Below are positions 61,061-64,000 of a stretch of DNA of 64,000 nt, piece by piece. The DNA lies in assembly GCF_032062105.1 (NCBI RefSeq), contig NW_026928083.1, positions 186,001 to 250,000 of the forward strand. Reading direction: 5' to 3'. The stretch is from Saccostrea cucullata. Taxonomy: Eukaryota. Under the pieces are notes generated by a model, which worked only from the letters and a program-made list of their open reading frames with translations, was not told the origin of the DNA and made no database searches. The translations under genes and the position numbers were made by a program. The number at the start of each line of letters is the position of its first letter. The first letter of the stretch is position 1.

Positions 61061-61699
61061 ACGGCATTCGCTTTGTTTCACATCACATTTGAATACAACT
61101 CTATTTGCAAGACAGTTTCAAGTATTTACATTCTAAACACAGTTATTACTTTATTGCTCTTAGTAACGTGATACATTTGAATAGTAACATCCCCTGTAGT
61201 GAAGAAATTAATGTGCACTTGTGTCAAAAATAATGTTTGCTTCATTTTAAATTAATTGTTATCAAATAATTTGAGGATAATGAAAAGTTTTGGGTACGTC
61301 ATTGAAGTAGGAAATAAAGCATTTTTCACGAAATGATGAGTAACCAAGTATTCAATCATTTGAATGGACGCTAGTTTCAATCTACATGTTTATGATACAG
61401 TTCATAAAAAATCAGATCCAGTTCTTTATCTTTATTAATTATACCATTTCTAATCAAAGTAATAAAACATCTATTGAGATTGTTTCATAAAAATACTGCA
61501 TTTTGCAGGGAAAAAAATCCAATGATAAATAGAAAGTTTTTATTGTTATATATAACAAGTATAAATATAACCATCGATGAAGAATATGAAGTATGAGAAG
61601 ATTAACATTGTTCTAACCGTCACCCAATGATTTACAATTGAGGTCAGAATTTAAACAAATTGTAAATTTAAAGTATTGAGAACCGAACATCTGATGAGA

Positions 61700-61763
61700 T
61701 ATAAATCATAGGGTGAAGACGAAATGACCAAAGGAACACAGGACCAGCGCCCTCCAACATCAG
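61700..61763 (+). promoter_or_regulatory. Putative TATA box and non-coding first exon of the DNase I gene
   Basis: TATAAA at 61700-61705 and strong donor CAG|GTAAGC at 61763. A matching acceptor tatttag|gATG lies immediately before the DNase I start. Confidence 0.5.
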
Positions 61764-62995
61764 GTAAGCTTGTATAGAAACATGGGGAATACTAGTATTT
61801 ACTTATCTATAAATACCATATGTATATAATTTGTTTATGACGAACACTTTTTAATCAGGATAAATTATATAAATTTACCTATGTATATTTTAATATGTGG
61901 TATTTTCGTTTTTCTATTTAGAAATAAACCTTGAAAAAATGTCGACCTAAGTAAAGTATAATGACAGGAATCAATAAGAAATAATTAATATTTGTCAAAC
62001 AAAATTCTTCTAAAATGTTCAGAATATGTTAAATTATAATTTTGAGGTCACCTCTTTATCCACAGTATCTTTTTGCGTAAATTAATTTATGTTTTTAACT
62101 GTAGCTGATGCTCTGACATAGCATAACAAATTTGACAGTGATTCCTTTTATGAGAAATTTAATTGCAGATATAAATAATGAAAAGAAAGTAAGTCTATTA
62201 AACACGAAAACCGCTGCGGGAGATTTTTATGCATATTAGGCATTATTTACTTTCCACTAGGAGAAATTCACATTCAATTAATTAACACATTAATACTCTG
62301 TTTTCTAATGATCATAGATTTAAATATCGCTATGTTACATTCTGTATGATTAAAATCATGTTGTGAATGAAAACATTTCCGTAAAGCTGTTCGATCCTCC
62401 TCCTTTTTAAAAATACAAATATTATGCATGGCGGGAAAAGTATGACAATTAGGAATCAGCATTTATTGATTAAACTAGATTTTGTGCAAACACCTAGCTG
62501 TGAGGTTTAATGCGTAAAAAAACCGGACATGCTTTTAATTTAAAGCAAAATGAGCGGCATTCTAAAACAATTATATCGCAGTTAATATATGTGTTATGAT
62601 GATAAAGTTGTATACATGTAACTTCAATATCTATGAAAAATACGACTAAACTAAAGCAGTAAAAATACATCTATTTACAATCAAAAAAACAGTTTTATAT
62701 AAGGAATCATTATTGTACAGAAAGACAATTATGTAATTTTGATTCAATCGAAGTTTATTGATAGTTCCAGGTTCTTCCATCGCAAATATGAACAACAGAA
62801 GTTTATTAATGTTATTTTTTTCTGTTATAGAAATGGTTATTAACAATTTAGCAACAATTTTTTTTGACATCAAAGTTGAAGCTCATATATTGCTTTAAAC
62901 GGTCATTATAAAGATTGTCATATTTTATTGAAATGATCTTATATTTAGGATGTGCATAGTAGAAATATGCACAACTTTAAACATTCCTATTTAGG

Positions 62996-63169
62996 ATGAA
63001 GACGTTGGTGTTGCTGACTTTATCCGCCCTGACCGCCGTATACTCGGCCTCCGTGTTGTCCAGGATTCCTGCTAGAGCCACCAATGAGCTGTTGATCTGC
63101 GCTTTTAACATCAAAACCTTTGGAAAGGCCAAAATGGCTGATGCTGAACTGGCAGAATATATCAAACAG
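62996..63169 (+). CDS. DNASE1: Deoxyribonuclease I family protein, first coding exon (secreted); continues beyond the window
   Basis: Signal-peptide-like MKTLVLLTLSALTAVYS, then LICAFNIKTFGKAKM (DNase I N-terminal AFNIxxFG motif). Phase-0 donor CAG|GTTAG at 63169. Confidence 0.88.
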
Positions 63170-63774
63170 GTTAGAGATATTGTCCTTCGAGGCGCTAGCT
63201 GCCACTTTTTGAATTATGGAAAGTAAAAGGCTTTTTATGTTTTTCAGACTTGTTTGTAATATATACTATAACAAGGATATAATTTTAGCTTTTTATTCAC
63301 TCACTCCTCTAATGAGGAAATTTACCACTGTCAATCACATGCTATATATTTTCAATTACACAACAGCTAAATGAGATTTTTTTTGTGGACTTTAGAATAG
63401 CTGAAAACTGTTTTTGTTCATAAGTGATGTTCTACATTCACCTGTTTTTTATTTTTTACATCTCAGACTCTTTTAACTATTCTACTGATAGGTAAGTTGA
63501 CAATAACAGGGAATGCAGAAATTCAATAATCTGGAACATTTTAAAGACACTGAAAAGAAAGTTCTATTAAAGATACTTCAGGTTAGGATGATATTCACTG
63601 CTCAACTATTTAAATCCATCATGTTACCTGTCTATCCACATGTACCACAAAACTGCGCGGTATAATTCATAAACTTTTCATCAGAAAGTGTGGCAGGTAT
63701 AGGAATATGATTAAAAAATCTGCCAAAGTAATGTTGAGAAAAAGAAAAATAATCAAACCTTATATTTATTGAAA

Positions 63775-63895
63775 CAATACAAATCAGGAACCGTGCAAAT
63801 AAAGACGGGCCAAGTGGGATCAGGTGCCATGGAGGAGTAAGCATCCCCTGTCGACCAGTCACACCCGCCGTGTGATCGTTGTCATGATCGTGTAA
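63775..63895 (-). mobile_element. Solo Penelope-type 3'-tail fragment
   Basis: - strand cacggcgggtgtgactggtcgacaggggatgcttactcctccatggcacctgatccca, the same motif as at 3078-3131, 59751-59810 and 60260-60320. Confidence 0.75.
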
Positions 63896-64000
63896 ACGGA
63901 GCAATCCTTAGAATTTTCAGTGTAAAAACTAGGATTACAGAAAATGGAATCAATAAATCATTAAAACAAATTTTCTTTTTTTTGTGTTGATGATGTCATT

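Noticed and set aside
46679-63169. Prokaryote-style nuclease operon or contamination (REase-fold gene plus DNase I)
   Set aside because: Both genes have spliceosomal introns and host repeats, and no methyltransferase is present. Adjacency alone is not evidence of a shared system.
63170-63226. Read-through of the DNase I exon (VRDIVLR resembles the expected next residues)
   Set aside because: A stop follows at 63226 with no YD motif, and a good donor exists at 63170. Treated as intron.

Overview
AT-rich, intron-rich animal DNA. The repeat families point to a bivalve mollusc, probably an oyster (inference; no database used). I reconstructed spliced genes by hand from GT/AG signals and reading-frame continuity. 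Left to right: (1) first exon of an unidentified acidic protein (-, runs off the left edge); (2) C3orf84/CIMIP7-like ciliary microtubule inner protein (-, 4 exons), head-to-head with (3) an IHO1/CCDC36 (Mer2-family) meiotic gene (+, 11 exons); (4) GPKOW (-, 11 exons, with an RS-rich exon); (5) a repeat-dense gap holding a 3.5-kb inverted duplication; (6) a divergent FoxH-like forkhead gene; (7) a 5-exon gene for a PD-(D/E)xK restriction-endonuclease-fold protein, whose last intron holds a very young full-length 7.7-kb Ty3/Gypsy element; (8) decayed Penelope-like retroelements; (9) first coding exon of a secreted DNase I. The most interesting items are the intron-containing REase-fold nuclease gene, the CIMIP7-IHO1 divergent pair (the arrangement I recall for human), a 361-bp TRIM whose LTRs each carry a tRNA cloverleaf, a 0.83-kb direct-repeat-bounded element with a telomere-core 30-bp array, and the altered FoxH recognition helix. 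Family names come from recalled motifs and need confirmation by HMM or structure searches.
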